Below, in pieces: positions 1 through 8,708 of a stretch of 34,674 bases of DNA (the stretch's first letter is position 1; each line of letters opens with the position of its first letter). The translations under genes were made by a program, and so were the position numbers. This DNA comes from Escherichia phage PhiKM. Where the stretch lies: the sequence record PQ738613, one strand, 5' to 3'. The notes below the pieces were generated by a model. It had not been told where the DNA came from, made no database searches, and saw nothing but the letters and a program-made list of their open reading frames with translations.

Positions 1-2
1 TA

Positions 3-548
3 ATGGCCAGACGCAGCACAATAGAAAAGCTGCCGGAAGACGTGCGCCGCTGGCTTGAACGGGCGCTGACTGAATCCGGCTTCAGCGGGTATAACGAGCT
101 GGAGTCACTGTTGCGTGAGCGGGGGTACGTCATCAGCAAATCCGCTATCCATCGCTATGGACAGAAGATTGAGCGCCGCTATGGTGCTATCCGTGCGGCA
201 ACAGAAGCGGCCCGCATGCTGACCGAAGGCGCAGCAGACGATCAGGATGCGCGTTCGGAGGCTGTGATAGCCCTTATTCAGACCGAGCTGTTCGAGAGTA
301 TTGTCCAGTTGCAGGAGGCGGAAGAAGGCGAAGTCGATCCTAAAGAACGCGTGGCCCTGCTGTCGAAGGTGGCGAAGAATGTGGCTACGCTGTCCCGCGC
401 GTCCGTCAACCTCAAAAAGTTCCAGTCTGAAGTACGGGCCAGAGCGCAGCAGGCAGCCAGCAACGCCGAGAAAATTGCCCGTAAGGGGGGACTGTCAAGC
501 GACGCAGTACAGGCGCTTCGTCGCGAGATTCTGGGGATTGCCACATGA
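3..548 (+). CDS. Mu gp27-like protein (DUF3486-type, putative small terminase/DNA-binding subunit)
   Basis: 181-aa ORF directly upstream of and overlapping (ATGA) the large terminase gene; sequence resembles Mu gp27 family from memory. Window starts with TAATG, suggesting an upstream gene stop overlaps this start. Confidence 0.6.
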   Translation: MARRSTIEKLPEDVRRWLERALTESGFSGYNELESLLRERGYVISKSAIHRYGQKIERRYGAIRAATEAARMLTEGAADDQDARSEAVIALIQTELFESIVQLQEAEEGEVDPKERVALLSKVAKNVATLSRASVNLKKFQSEVRARAQQAASNAEKIARKGGLSSDAVQALRREILGIAT

Positions 549-2140
549 CAAAATCATCCGGAGTGATTTTAAACGCCGCTGGCGGCGGCCCCGAAGGGAT
601 GAGTCCCATGGACGGGAGGAATAACCTTGCTCCCGTTTTGCCTGATACCTCGGCGCTGGATGCCCCTCCCGTTCTGTTGCCTTACCAGCAGCGCTGGGTG
701 GCAGACACCTCTCCGCTTAAGGTGATAGAAAAGAGCCGTCGTACCGGTATTACATGGGCTGAGGCATCCGATAACGTACTGACCGCCGCCTCTTCTGCGC
801 CAGCAGGCGGGATGAATGTGTATTACATCGCTTATAACCAGGACATGACCGTCGAATACATTCAGGCGTGTGCGATGTGGGCACGGGCATTCAACTATGC
901 GGCCAGTGAAATTGAAGAAGGATTCTGGGAAGAGGACGACGACGACAAACACATCAAGACTTACACCATCAAATTTCCTGACTCCGGCTTTCGTATTGTT
1001 GCGCTCTCCAGCCGCCCGTCTAACCTGCGTGGCCGTCAGGGTATTATTGTTATCGACGAAGCGGCGTTCCATGAGCAACTGGACGAACTGCTGAAAGCGG
1101 CGCTGGCGATGCTTATCTGGGGGGGAAAGGTACGCGTTATCTCCACCCATGACGGTGACGACAATCCGTTCAATACGCTTATCGGGGATATCCGTGCCGG
1201 ACGTCAGGGAGGCAGCATACATCGCATCACTTTCCGGGAAGCCGTATCTGAGGGGCTGTTCCGGCGCGTCTGTCTGCGCACCGGGAAGGAATGGTCGGAG
1301 GCATCCGAGCAGGCCTGGATGGCATCGGTGTACAAATTCTACGGTGCCGGCGCATCCGAAGAGCTTGACTGTATTCCGGCCAACGGTGGCGGTGCCTGGC
1401 TGTCCCGTGCCCTGATAGAGTCCCGCATGTCCGCTGATACGCCGGTATTGCGTCTGACCTGCAAGGAAGGTTATGAACTGCTGTCTGATGAGGTTCGCTT
1501 CCGCGAGACGCAGGACTGGCTTGATGAGTATCTGAAACCATTGCTGGAGGCACTCCCCACTGATGCCCGCTCTTTCCTGGGGCGCGACTTTGGCCGTAGC
1601 GGTGATTTGTCGGTGGACTATCCCCTGCTGCAGGAGAAGAACCTGGTACGACGCGTGCCATTCGTACTGGAGCTGCGTAACGTGCCGTTCAGACAGCAGG
1701 AGCAAATCACCTGGTATCTGATGGATGGCCTGCCCGGTCTGCTGGGTGCAGCGTTTGATGCCCGTGGTAATGGTGCCTATCTGGCTGAATACGCCATGCA
1801 GCGCTACGGCTCCGGCCGGGTTCAGCAGGTGATGCCAACCGAAGGCTGGTACCGGGAGCATATGCCTCCGGTCAAAGCTGCACTGGAAGACGGCAACCTG
1901 GTGGACTTACCAAAGGATGAAGACACACTGGATGACCTGCGGGCCGTTCAGGTGGTGAACGGTGTCCCCCGCGTACCGGAGCAACGCTCAAAAGCAAAGG
2001 CTGACGGTGGTAAACGCCACGGGGATTCAGCCATCGCACTGGCGCTGGCGTATTTCGCCAGCCGTGAAATTAACAAAGGGCCGGTGAAGGCAAGCTCACG
2101 CCGTCGTCGTCAGGCGGCCCGTATGCTGGAGGGATTCTGA
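545..2140 (+). CDS. terminase large subunit (Mu gp28-like)
   Basis: 531-aa ORF between gp27-like gene and portal gene, ATG at 545 overlapping previous stop; size and position as in Mu late operon. Confidence 0.75.
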   Translation: MTKSSGVILNAAGGGPEGMSPMDGRNNLAPVLPDTSALDAPPVLLPYQQRWVADTSPLKVIEKSRRTGITWAEASDNVLTAASSAPAGGMNVYYIAYNQDMTVEYIQACAMWARAFNYAASEIEEGFWEEDDDDKHIKTYTIKFPDSGFRIVALSSRPSNLRGRQGIIVIDEAAFHEQLDELLKAALAMLIWGGKVRVISTHDGDDNPFNTLIGDIRAGRQGGSIHRITFREAVSEGLFRRVCLRTGKEWSEASEQAWMASVYKFYGAGASEELDCIPANGGGAWLSRALIESRMSADTPVLRLTCKEGYELLSDEVRFRETQDWLDEYLKPLLEALPTDARSFLGRDFGRSGDLSVDYPLLQEKNLVRRVPFVLELRNVPFRQQEQITWYLMDGLPGLLGAAFDARGNGAYLAEYAMQRYGSGRVQQVMPTEGWYREHMPPVKAALEDGNLVDLPKDEDTLDDLRAVQVVNGVPRVPEQRSKAKADGGKRHGDSAIALALAYFASREINKGPVKASSRRRRQAARMLEGF

Positions 2141-3636
2141 TGGCGAGGGGTATCTGGGTTTCACCCGATGAATTTGTTGCTTTTTCTGAGCCTCAGAAAT
2201 CACTGACCGCGCAGATTGCCTCCCGCAGCCGCGCGATCGACTTTTACGGACTGGGCATGTATCTGCCCAATCCTGATCCCATTCTCAAGGCTCAGGGACG
2301 GGATATCCGTATCTACCGCGAACTGCGCACCGACCCGCTGGTCGGGGGCTGTATCCGCAGACGTAAAGCAGCGCTCAAATCGCTGGAGCGTGGACTGGAG
2401 CGTGGTCACGCCTCTGCCCGGGTCTTCCGTTTCATCCGCGACATGCTCGACGATCTGGATCTGTCCCGCATCATCGGTGAAATGAGCGATGCCGTGCTCT
2501 ACGGGTATCAGCCCTGTGAAATCATGTGGGGCCGTTCGGTCAGGTCGTGGGCGGTGACGGATATTGTCGGCAAACCGCCTGAGTGGTTTCAGTTTGATAC
2601 GGACAACTGCCTGCGCTTTCGGGCGCGTGATGCGGGTGTGGAGGGTGAGCTGCTGTCACCGTCAAAATTCGTGGTGCCGGCACAGGATGCCTCGTATGAC
2701 AATCCTTACGGTTTCCCGGACCTGTCCATGTGCTTCTGGCCGGTCGCCTTCAAGAAAGGCGGGATGAAATTCTGGCTCCGCTTTGCCGAAAAGTTTGGCT
2801 CCCCGTGGGTGATCGGTAAGCACCCGAGGGGCGCAAATGATGCAGAGATTGAAAAACTGCTGGACTCCATGGAGCAGATGGTGGAGGACGCGGTGGCCGC
2901 CATCCCCGATGACAGCAGTATTGAGCTCAGGGCAGCGGATGGCAAGGCAGACAGCAGCGAGGTATTTCGCGAGCTGATCACACTGTCACGCAGTGAGATC
3001 TCCATTGCATTACTCGGTCAGAATCAGACCACGGAAGCGAACAGTAACAAGGCCTCTGCACAGGCCGGGCTGGAGGTAACGGCTGATATCCGCGATGCGG
3101 ATGCGGACATCATTCAGGCGGCAGTGAATCAGGTCATCAGAACGGTGGTCACCCTGAACTTCGGCGATGTGCCGTGTCCGGTCTGGGCCATGTGGGAACA
3201 GGAGGCCATTGATGACACCCGTGCCACCCGCGACGAAAAACTCACCCGGGCGGGTCTGCGTCTGACCCCGCAGTACTTCAAGCGTGAGTACCAACTGCAG
3301 GACGGCGATATTGACGAGACACCACCGTCGGAACGCCAGAATAACATGCTGCCGCTGTCATTTGCCGAGGCGATTGATGCTGATATTCAGGCTCAGCAGC
3401 AGCTTGACGACGCGCTGGACATTCTGATGAACGGAGGCGCGTTAAATGGCACGCTGGAACCCGTCCTGGCACCTCTGTTCAGGCGGGTCGAAAACGGGGT
3501 TAACCCGTCTGAGCTGCTGGGCGAACTGGCGGAGCTCTACCCTCAGATGAACACGGACGATCTGCAGGAGCGGCTGGCCCGCATTCTCTTTGTGGCAAAT
3601 ATCCGGGGACGTCTGCATGAGCGTGACAACGGCTGA
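2140..3636 (+). CDS. portal protein (Mu gp29-like, DUF935 family)
   Basis: 498-aa ORF, start overlaps terminase stop; position and size typical of Mu-like portal. Confidence 0.8.
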   Translation: MARGIWVSPDEFVAFSEPQKSLTAQIASRSRAIDFYGLGMYLPNPDPILKAQGRDIRIYRELRTDPLVGGCIRRRKAALKSLERGLERGHASARVFRFIRDMLDDLDLSRIIGEMSDAVLYGYQPCEIMWGRSVRSWAVTDIVGKPPEWFQFDTDNCLRFRARDAGVEGELLSPSKFVVPAQDASYDNPYGFPDLSMCFWPVAFKKGGMKFWLRFAEKFGSPWVIGKHPRGANDAEIEKLLDSMEQMVEDAVAAIPDDSSIELRAADGKADSSEVFRELITLSRSEISIALLGQNQTTEANSNKASAQAGLEVTADIRDADADIIQAAVNQVIRTVVTLNFGDVPCPVWAMWEQEAIDDTRATRDEKLTRAGLRLTPQYFKREYQLQDGDIDETPPSERQNNMLPLSFAEAIDADIQAQQQLDDALDILMNGGALNGTLEPVLAPLFRRVENGVNPSELLGELAELYPQMNTDDLQERLARILFVANIRGRLHERDNG

Positions 3637-4438
3637 ACTGGCGTACTGCATGACGCTTCCCCCGAAGCGGGCAATCAACTACCTGAAGTCCAAAGGATAT
3701 CAGATTACCTGGGACTGGGAAGAAATGTGGCAGGAGGCCCATGCCCGCGCCTTTACCGTTGCTAAAGTGACCCGCCTGGATATCCTGGAAGATATTCGCG
3801 GGGCACTGCAGCAGGCTGTCGATGAAGGAAAAACCGATCGCTGGTTCCGGCAGGAGCTGGAGCCGGTGCTGAAGCGTAAGGGATGGTGGGGACCACGTGA
3901 CACGACTGACCCGGTAACGGGTGAGCCGGTCACCATTCAGCAGGGCAGTCCGTGGCGGCTCGATACCATCTTTCGCACCAATATGTCCGTACTCTACAGC
4001 GCCGGTCGTTGGGCGGAACAGATGGAAAACGTCGACGACAGGCCGTACTGGATGTATACCGGCATCAACGACAGCCATACCCGCAGGAGCCATCTGGCGC
4101 TGCATGGTCTGGTGCTGCGCTGGGATGACCCGTTCTGGCAGGCATTTTACCCGCCGAACGGCTGGCGCTGCCGCTGTAGTGTTATTGCCCTGAGTGCGGC
4201 GGATGTACGTGCCCGTGGCCTGAAGGTTATCAGCTCCGGCTCTGCCATGGGCCAGGAACTGAAACTGGTCTCAGAGAAAACCGGCGAAATGCGGAACGTG
4301 GCCACCTTTAATACCGGCACCACGAAGGTGACCACCGACGTCGGCTGGTCTTATGCTCCGGGGGCAGCATACCGTCCCGACCTGGCCCGCTATCAGGGTA
4401 CGCTTCAGCCACTGGCACAACAGGAACTGAGAGGATAA
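3617..4438 (+). CDS. head morphogenesis protein (Mu F-like, gp30)
   Basis: ORF in track starts 3590; ATG at 3617 (MSVTTAEL...) overlaps portal stop at 3634-3636 and is the more plausible start. Follows portal as in Mu. Confidence 0.7.
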   Translation: MSVTTAELAYCMTLPPKRAINYLKSKGYQITWDWEEMWQEAHARAFTVAKVTRLDILEDIRGALQQAVDEGKTDRWFRQELEPVLKRKGWWGPRDTTDPVTGEPVTIQQGSPWRLDTIFRTNMSVLYSAGRWAEQMENVDDRPYWMYTGINDSHTRRSHLALHGLVLRWDDPFWQAFYPPNGWRCRCSVIALSAADVRARGLKVISSGSAMGQELKLVSEKTGEMRNVATFNTGTTKVTTDVGWSYAPGAAYRPDLARYQGTLQPLAQQELRG

Positions 4439-4440
4439 CA

Positions 4441-4899
4441 ATGGCTTCCGATAACCTGGTCAGTATCACCATTAACGATAAGTCCCTGCGCCGGAGCCTC
4501 CGTGCGCTGGATCTTGCTGCCACAGACCTGGAGCCCGCGATGCGCAAAATCGCCGGAACCCTGCTGGCGGAAACACAGTTTAACTTTCTTGATGAGGGGC
4601 GTCCGGGGTGGATGCCCTCGCTGGCAGCGGAAGAACGTGACGGGCAGACACTGCAGGATACCGGGCGTCTGATGGGGTCAGTATCAACCGACCATGACGA
4701 CCGGCAGGCTGTTGTGGGGACCAACGTTGTTTACGGTGCCATTCACCAGTTCGGGGGTAAAACGGGGCGTAATGAGTCTGTTGAACTTCCGGCCCGCCCG
4801 TTCCTGCCGGTGACGGGGGATGGAGAACTACAGCCTGAAGTGGTAATCCCCATCCTCGATACCATTGTCCGCCATCTTGAATCAGCGGCCCGTCGCTGA
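4441..4899 (+). CDS. virion morphogenesis protein (Mu G-like, gp31)
   Basis: 152-aa ORF, ATG at 4441 preceded by GAGAGGA; position after F-like gene. Confidence 0.7.
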   Translation: MASDNLVSITINDKSLRRSLRALDLAATDLEPAMRKIAGTLLAETQFNFLDEGRPGWMPSLAAEERDGQTLQDTGRLMGSVSTDHDDRQAVVGTNVVYGAIHQFGGKTGRNESVELPARPFLPVTGDGELQPEVVIPILDTIVRHLESAARR

Positions 4900-4943
4900 G
4901 TTTTCTCTCTTCAGGCGGGTGATTTATCATTGCCAGCGAATGA

Positions 4944-4990
4944 GGGGCTGTATTACCTTTATAAAGGCTTTACAGCCTCTGTTTTATAAC
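4944..4990 (+). terminator. nested palindrome/hairpin followed by T-rich tract downstream of G-like gene
   Basis: GGCTGTA (4946-4952) pairs with TACAGCC (4971-4977); an internal 12-bp perfect palindrome CCTTTATAAAGG (4956-4967); followed by CTCTGTTTTAT. Confidence 0.4.
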
Positions 4991-5113
4991 CGCCTCCGGT
5001 TCACCGCATTGCTTTCCCTGTCCTTCTCCCCTGATGTTTTCTAAAGCAGATTAAAATCGCCGGGCCTGCATTTCTCACAAACTGTCTCCGACAACATAAC
5101 GCGGGACAGCAAA

Positions 5114-6229
5114 ATGTCAGCCATTCACATTTTTAAAGCCGGTACTCATACCGATATGCACGGCAAAAAACTGCCGTTCACGCCAGACGATCTTGCCGCC
5201 TGCGTGAAAGCCTATGACCCGTCCGTCCATGAAGCACCACTCGTGATTGGTCATCCCAGAACGGAAGACCCGGCGTGGGGCTGGGTGAAAGCCCTGTCGC
5301 TCAGCGGCGTCGATCTGATGGCAGAGCCTGCCCAGCTGGACCCGCAGTTTGCTGAGATGGTCACCGACGGACGATTCAAAAAAGTGTCCGCCTCTTTCTA
5401 CCTCCCGGATTCACCGTCCAATCCGAAGCCCGGCGTGCTCTACCTTCGCCATGTGGGCTTTCTCGGGGCACAGCCACCTTCCGTCAAGGGGCTGAAACAG
5501 GTGTCCTTCAGTGAGCAGGAAGAAGGTGTGGTGGAGTTCGCCGACTGGCAGGCCATCACGAATGCCTCCCTGTGGGGAAAGCTGCGCGATTTTCTGATCG
5601 CCCGCTTCAGTCTGGACGAGGCAGAAAAAGTCCTGCCGGAATGGCAGCTCAACAGTCTGCGCGAAGAGGCGTACCGCGACACACTGTCGCAGGATGCAGC
5701 AGGTGCACAATTCAGTGAGACAGGCCCGGGGCCGTCTTCCGCAAGTAACGAGGAATCATCGATGACAAAAGAAGAGATTGAAGCCCTTCAGGAGGAGAAC
5801 CGCCGCCTGAAGCAGCAGGCTGCTGATCGCGATGCGCGTGATGCACAGGTCAGACAGGAGCAACTGCATAAGGACAATGTGGCCTTTGCAGAAAAACTGG
5901 TCGCAGAGGGCCGTCTGGCTCCCCGCGCCTCCTCCGTGGTGGTTGCCCTGCTGGATGCCGTCGCCGGTGGCGACAAGCCGGTGGAGTTTGCTGAGGGGGA
6001 AAGCCGCACACCGCTGGCCACCGCCTTTCGTTCATTGCTCTCCGACGGGGAGCCGGTGATGAATTTCGCCGAACAGGCCACAAAAGAGCGTGTCGGCGAC
6101 ACGGTGAAGGTGGATGTGGCAGAGTTTGCGGAAGCCGATCCTGAGCGTCTGGCCCTGCATCAGAAAGCAGTGGCCCTGTCCAAAAAAGAAGGCATCAGCT
6201 ATGAGGCTGCTGTCGCACGCTGCCTGTAA
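5114..6229 (+). CDS. head maturation protease / scaffold (Mu I-like, gp32)
   Basis: 371-aa ORF upstream of major capsid gene; acidic coiled-coil C-terminal half typical of scaffold; Mu-like position. Confidence 0.75.
   Translation: MSAIHIFKAGTHTDMHGKKLPFTPDDLAACVKAYDPSVHEAPLVIGHPRTEDPAWGWVKALSLSGVDLMAEPAQLDPQFAEMVTDGRFKKVSASFYLPDSPSNPKPGVLYLRHVGFLGAQPPSVKGLKQVSFSEQEEGVVEFADWQAITNASLWGKLRDFLIARFSLDEAEKVLPEWQLNSLREEAYRDTLSQDAAGAQFSETGPGPSSASNEESSMTKEEIEALQEENRRLKQQAADRDARDAQVRQEQLHKDNVAFAEKLVAEGRLAPRASSVVVALLDAVAGGDKPVEFAEGESRTPLATAFRSLLSDGEPVMNFAEQATKERVGDTVKVDVAEFAEADPERLALHQKAVALSKKEGISYEAAVARCL
5762..6229 (+). CDS. candidate nested scaffold protein (Mu Z-like), in-frame internal start within I-like gene
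   Basis: In-frame ATG at 5762 preceded by GAGGA with 7-nt spacer (aacGAGGAatcatcgATG); downstream product is the coiled-coil, acidic C-terminal 155 aa. Confidence 0.4.
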   Translation: MTKEEIEALQEENRRLKQQAADRDARDAQVRQEQLHKDNVAFAEKLVAEGRLAPRASSVVVALLDAVAGGDKPVEFAEGESRTPLATAFRSLLSDGEPVMNFAEQATKERVGDTVKVDVAEFAEADPERLALHQKAVALSKKEGISYEAAVARCL

Positions 6230-6243
6230 TTTAAGGAGAGAGC

Positions 6244-7197
6244 ATGTCTGATTACTTAAAAGGTAAACGTGTCGTTGATCCGGTACTGACCAGTATCGCC
6301 CGTGGCTATAAAAATGCCGCATTCATCGGCGAACGTATTTTCCCCGTCGTGCTGACGGACAAGGAAGGCGTGCGTGTACCGACCTTCGGGAAAACCGCCT
6401 TTGTGGAATATGACACCGAGCGTGCCGTCGGGGCGGACAGCAATGTTCTGGTCCGTGAAAAAACAGGCACGCTGGACCTGGTGCTGGGTGAACACGATCT
6501 GGCTGCGCCGGTGGACTATCGCGAGCAGGCGGAGTCCATGTTTAACGAAGAGAGCAAGGCCATCCGTCGCGCCACGAATGGCGTGAACCTGCGCCGTGAA
6601 CTTATCGCTGCCCGTCTGGCTCAGGATGAAAAGGTCTACCGTACCGGGCACGTCAAAAAACTGACAGCCAGTGATCGCTGGGCCGGTGGTAAGGGGGACC
6701 CCATCGGGGTGATTGAAGCCGGTATGGAAGCGGTCCGTACGGCCACGGGGCTGCGTCCTAACCTGATGACCATGGGGGCCGGCGTGATGGCGCTGCTGAA
6801 GTTCCACCCGGCGATTCAGGCCGCCATCGGAGCCAACGAACGCAAGCGCATCACCACAGAAATCCTGCAGGACCTCTTTCAGATCGAAGAGATCGTCATC
6901 GGTGCCCCAGTCTCCCTGCCGTCCATGAAAGCGGCAATGGATAAGAACAGCGTGCCGGCGGATATCTGGGGAGACAATCTGATGCTGCACTATGTCGGCA
7001 AACCGCAGCCGGGGGCGGACAGCGCGGACGAGAACGAGCCGTCCTTCGGCTACACCCTGCGTCGTAAGGGGATGCCTGTTGCCGACAAATACGACGGAGC
7101 CGGTGGCAAGGTGAAGTACTGCCGTTATACCGATATCTACAAAGTCGCCGTGGTTGGTGGCGATGCCGGGTATCTCATTACCGGTATCAGTAAATAA
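6244..7197 (+). CDS. major capsid protein (Mu T-like, gp34)
   Basis: 317-aa ORF with strong SD TAAGGAGAG before ATG 6244; position after protease/scaffold; sequence resembles Mu T family. Confidence 0.8.
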   Translation: MSDYLKGKRVVDPVLTSIARGYKNAAFIGERIFPVVLTDKEGVRVPTFGKTAFVEYDTERAVGADSNVLVREKTGTLDLVLGEHDLAAPVDYREQAESMFNEESKAIRRATNGVNLRRELIAARLAQDEKVYRTGHVKKLTASDRWAGGKGDPIGVIEAGMEAVRTATGLRPNLMTMGAGVMALLKFHPAIQAAIGANERKRITTEILQDLFQIEEIVIGAPVSLPSMKAAMDKNSVPADIWGDNLMLHYVGKPQPGADSADENEPSFGYTLRRKGMPVADKYDGAGGKVKYCRYTDIYKVAVVGGDAGYLITGISK

Positions 7198-7206
7198 GGA
7201 GGCGTT

Positions 7207-7545
7207 ATGGGAACCACTCAGCAGGTCATTCTGATCACAACCGTAACGGCAGGGGCAGCACTGGCACAGCAGCGTTTTGTCGGGGCAGATAATACCCCCT
7301 GTAAAGCCGGTGCCGCAGCGCTCGGGGTTGCCGAAGTGGATGCTGTTACCGGCGACAGCACGCCGGTGAGCGTTCTGGGCATTATTGCTGTCGAGGCCGG
7401 GGCCGCTGTCAGCCGTGGTGTGGCTGTTCAGTCAGATGCTCAGGCCAGAGCCGTGCCGCAGTCCGGCGACGGTAAATCCTGTGGTATTGCACTTGATGAA
7501 GCCGGGGGTGAAGGCGACGTCATTCGTATCCTGCGCGGGGTGTGA
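7207..7545 (+). CDS. hypothetical head-associated protein (Ala/Gly/Val-rich, Mu gp35 position)
   Basis: 112-aa ORF with strong SD TAAGGAGG before ATG 7207; low-complexity Ala/Gly/Val-rich composition. Confidence 0.45.
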   Translation: MGTTQQVILITTVTAGAALAQQRFVGADNTPCKAGAAALGVAEVDAVTGDSTPVSVLGIIAVEAGAAVSRGVAVQSDAQARAVPQSGDGKSCGIALDEAGGEGDVIRILRGV

Positions 7546-7546
7546 C

Positions 7547-7993
7547 ATGTACTGCACCCTGGAGGATTTGCTTGCGCAGGTGCCGGAGCGGACGCTTATC
7601 GAGCTCACCAGTGAAGAGATGGACTTCGACTCACCTGCAACAGTGAATACCCGTGTGGTGGACAGCTGTATCCGCTATGCCGACGAGCTGATTGATGCCC
7701 ATCTGCGCGGACGCTATATCCTGCCACTGGCAGAGATACCGACTGTTCTGCGGGACATTGCCATCACGCTGGTCCGTTACCGGCTCTACGCCCGCCGCCC
7801 GGAAGGTGACCTCCCGGATACGGTGAAGGATGACCACAAAGAAGCGCTGCGGCAACTCAGGGAGTTACGTGATAACAGGCTCACGCTGGGGCTGCCGTCC
7901 ACTCAGAAAGATGTGCCTGAGCCTGGCGAGTTTCGTGTACGCAGTCGCCCGGCCACTTTCGGCGGTCGTGACGGTTTACTGGAGAAATACTGA
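7547..7993 (+). CDS. Mu gp36-like protein (DUF1320-type head-tail connector/completion)
   Basis: ATG at 7547 two bases after stop of previous gene; track ORF 7385..7993 has an unsupported N-terminal extension. Confidence 0.6.
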   Translation: MYCTLEDLLAQVPERTLIELTSEEMDFDSPATVNTRVVDSCIRYADELIDAHLRGRYILPLAEIPTVLRDIAITLVRYRLYARRPEGDLPDTVKDDHKEALRQLRELRDNRLTLGLPSTQKDVPEPGEFRVRSRPATFGGRDGLLEKY

Positions 7994-8457
7994 TGAACGT
8001 TCTGCCCGTCCTTGATGCGGTACTGGCCCGGTTACGCGAGAAGCTGCCGCAACTGCAGGTGGAGTACTTCCCGGAGAAACCGGCTGAATATCGCCTGAAC
8101 CATCCGGTTGGCGCGTTGCTGTTGAGCTATGCCGGTTCGCGCTTTGACAGGCCGGATGATACCGGTGCGGTGATCCAGTCTCAGACTATCCAGCTCTGCG
8201 TCACGGTGGTCTTCCGCCAGCTCAACGGTAAAAAAGGGGCGATTAATGTCCTGGATGCTGTCCGCCGCATTCTCGGTGGCCACACCCCGCCCGGCTGCCG
8301 CCGCCGTATCTGGCTGACCCGCGAGGTGTTTATCGGTGAAGTCAGGGGGCTGTGGCAGTACGCCCTCGACTTCGCGACTGAAAGCGTCTTTATCGAAGAC
8401 AGCGATTTACCGTCCGGCCCGCTGTTAACCGAAGTGAACTATGAGGAAAGCGAGTGA
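7993..8457 (+). CDS. Mu gp37-like protein (DUF1834-type)
   Basis: 154-aa ORF, ATGA overlap with previous gene; position as Mu gp37. Confidence 0.55.
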   Translation: MNVLPVLDAVLARLREKLPQLQVEYFPEKPAEYRLNHPVGALLLSYAGSRFDRPDDTGAVIQSQTIQLCVTVVFRQLNGKKGAINVLDAVRRILGGHTPPGCRRRIWLTREVFIGEVRGLWQYALDFATESVFIEDSDLPSGPLLTEVNYEESE

Positions 8458-8708
8458 TGAAAGAATACCGCTATTCCGGCCCGGCCAGCGGCGTCACGCT
8501 GTCGGACGGAACCGAAATCCTGCTCTGGCCGGGGAAGACGGTTTCCCTGCCGGAGGAGCATGACTACGTGAAGGTACTGGTGGCGCTGAAACATCTGACG
8601 CCGGTACCTGAAGAGACTAAACCCGCCGGCACACCGGCTGTGCAGTCACCAAAGCGCAGAAGCAGCAGTGACAGCGAAGTGAAAACGGAGGACACCCATG
8701 GCAGCTAA
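8457..8708 (+). CDS. small hypothetical phage protein (Mu gp38 position)
   Basis: ATG at 8457 preceded by GAGGA; track start 8454 is GTG; ends overlapping sheath start. Confidence 0.5.
   Translation: MKEYRYSGPASGVTLSDGTEILLWPGKTVSLPEEHDYVKVLVALKHLTPVPEETKPAGTPAVQSPKRRSSSDSEVKTEDTHGS

Noticed and set aside
569-1861. 430-aa minus-strand ORF inside the terminase gene, and similar long antisense ORFs (6256-6990 -, 8617-9501 -, 3500-4105 -, 21996-22997 +, 24705-25457 +)
   Set aside because: They lie entirely antisense to well-supported, tightly coupled phage genes, lack SD sequences and have no recognisable protein features; typical shadow ORFs in GC-rich coding DNA.
7385-7546. N-terminal extension of the gp36-like ORF (track start 7385)
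   Set aside because: Overlaps the preceding gene in another frame; ATG at 7547 sits immediately after that gene's stop, consistent with the coupling seen elsewhere.
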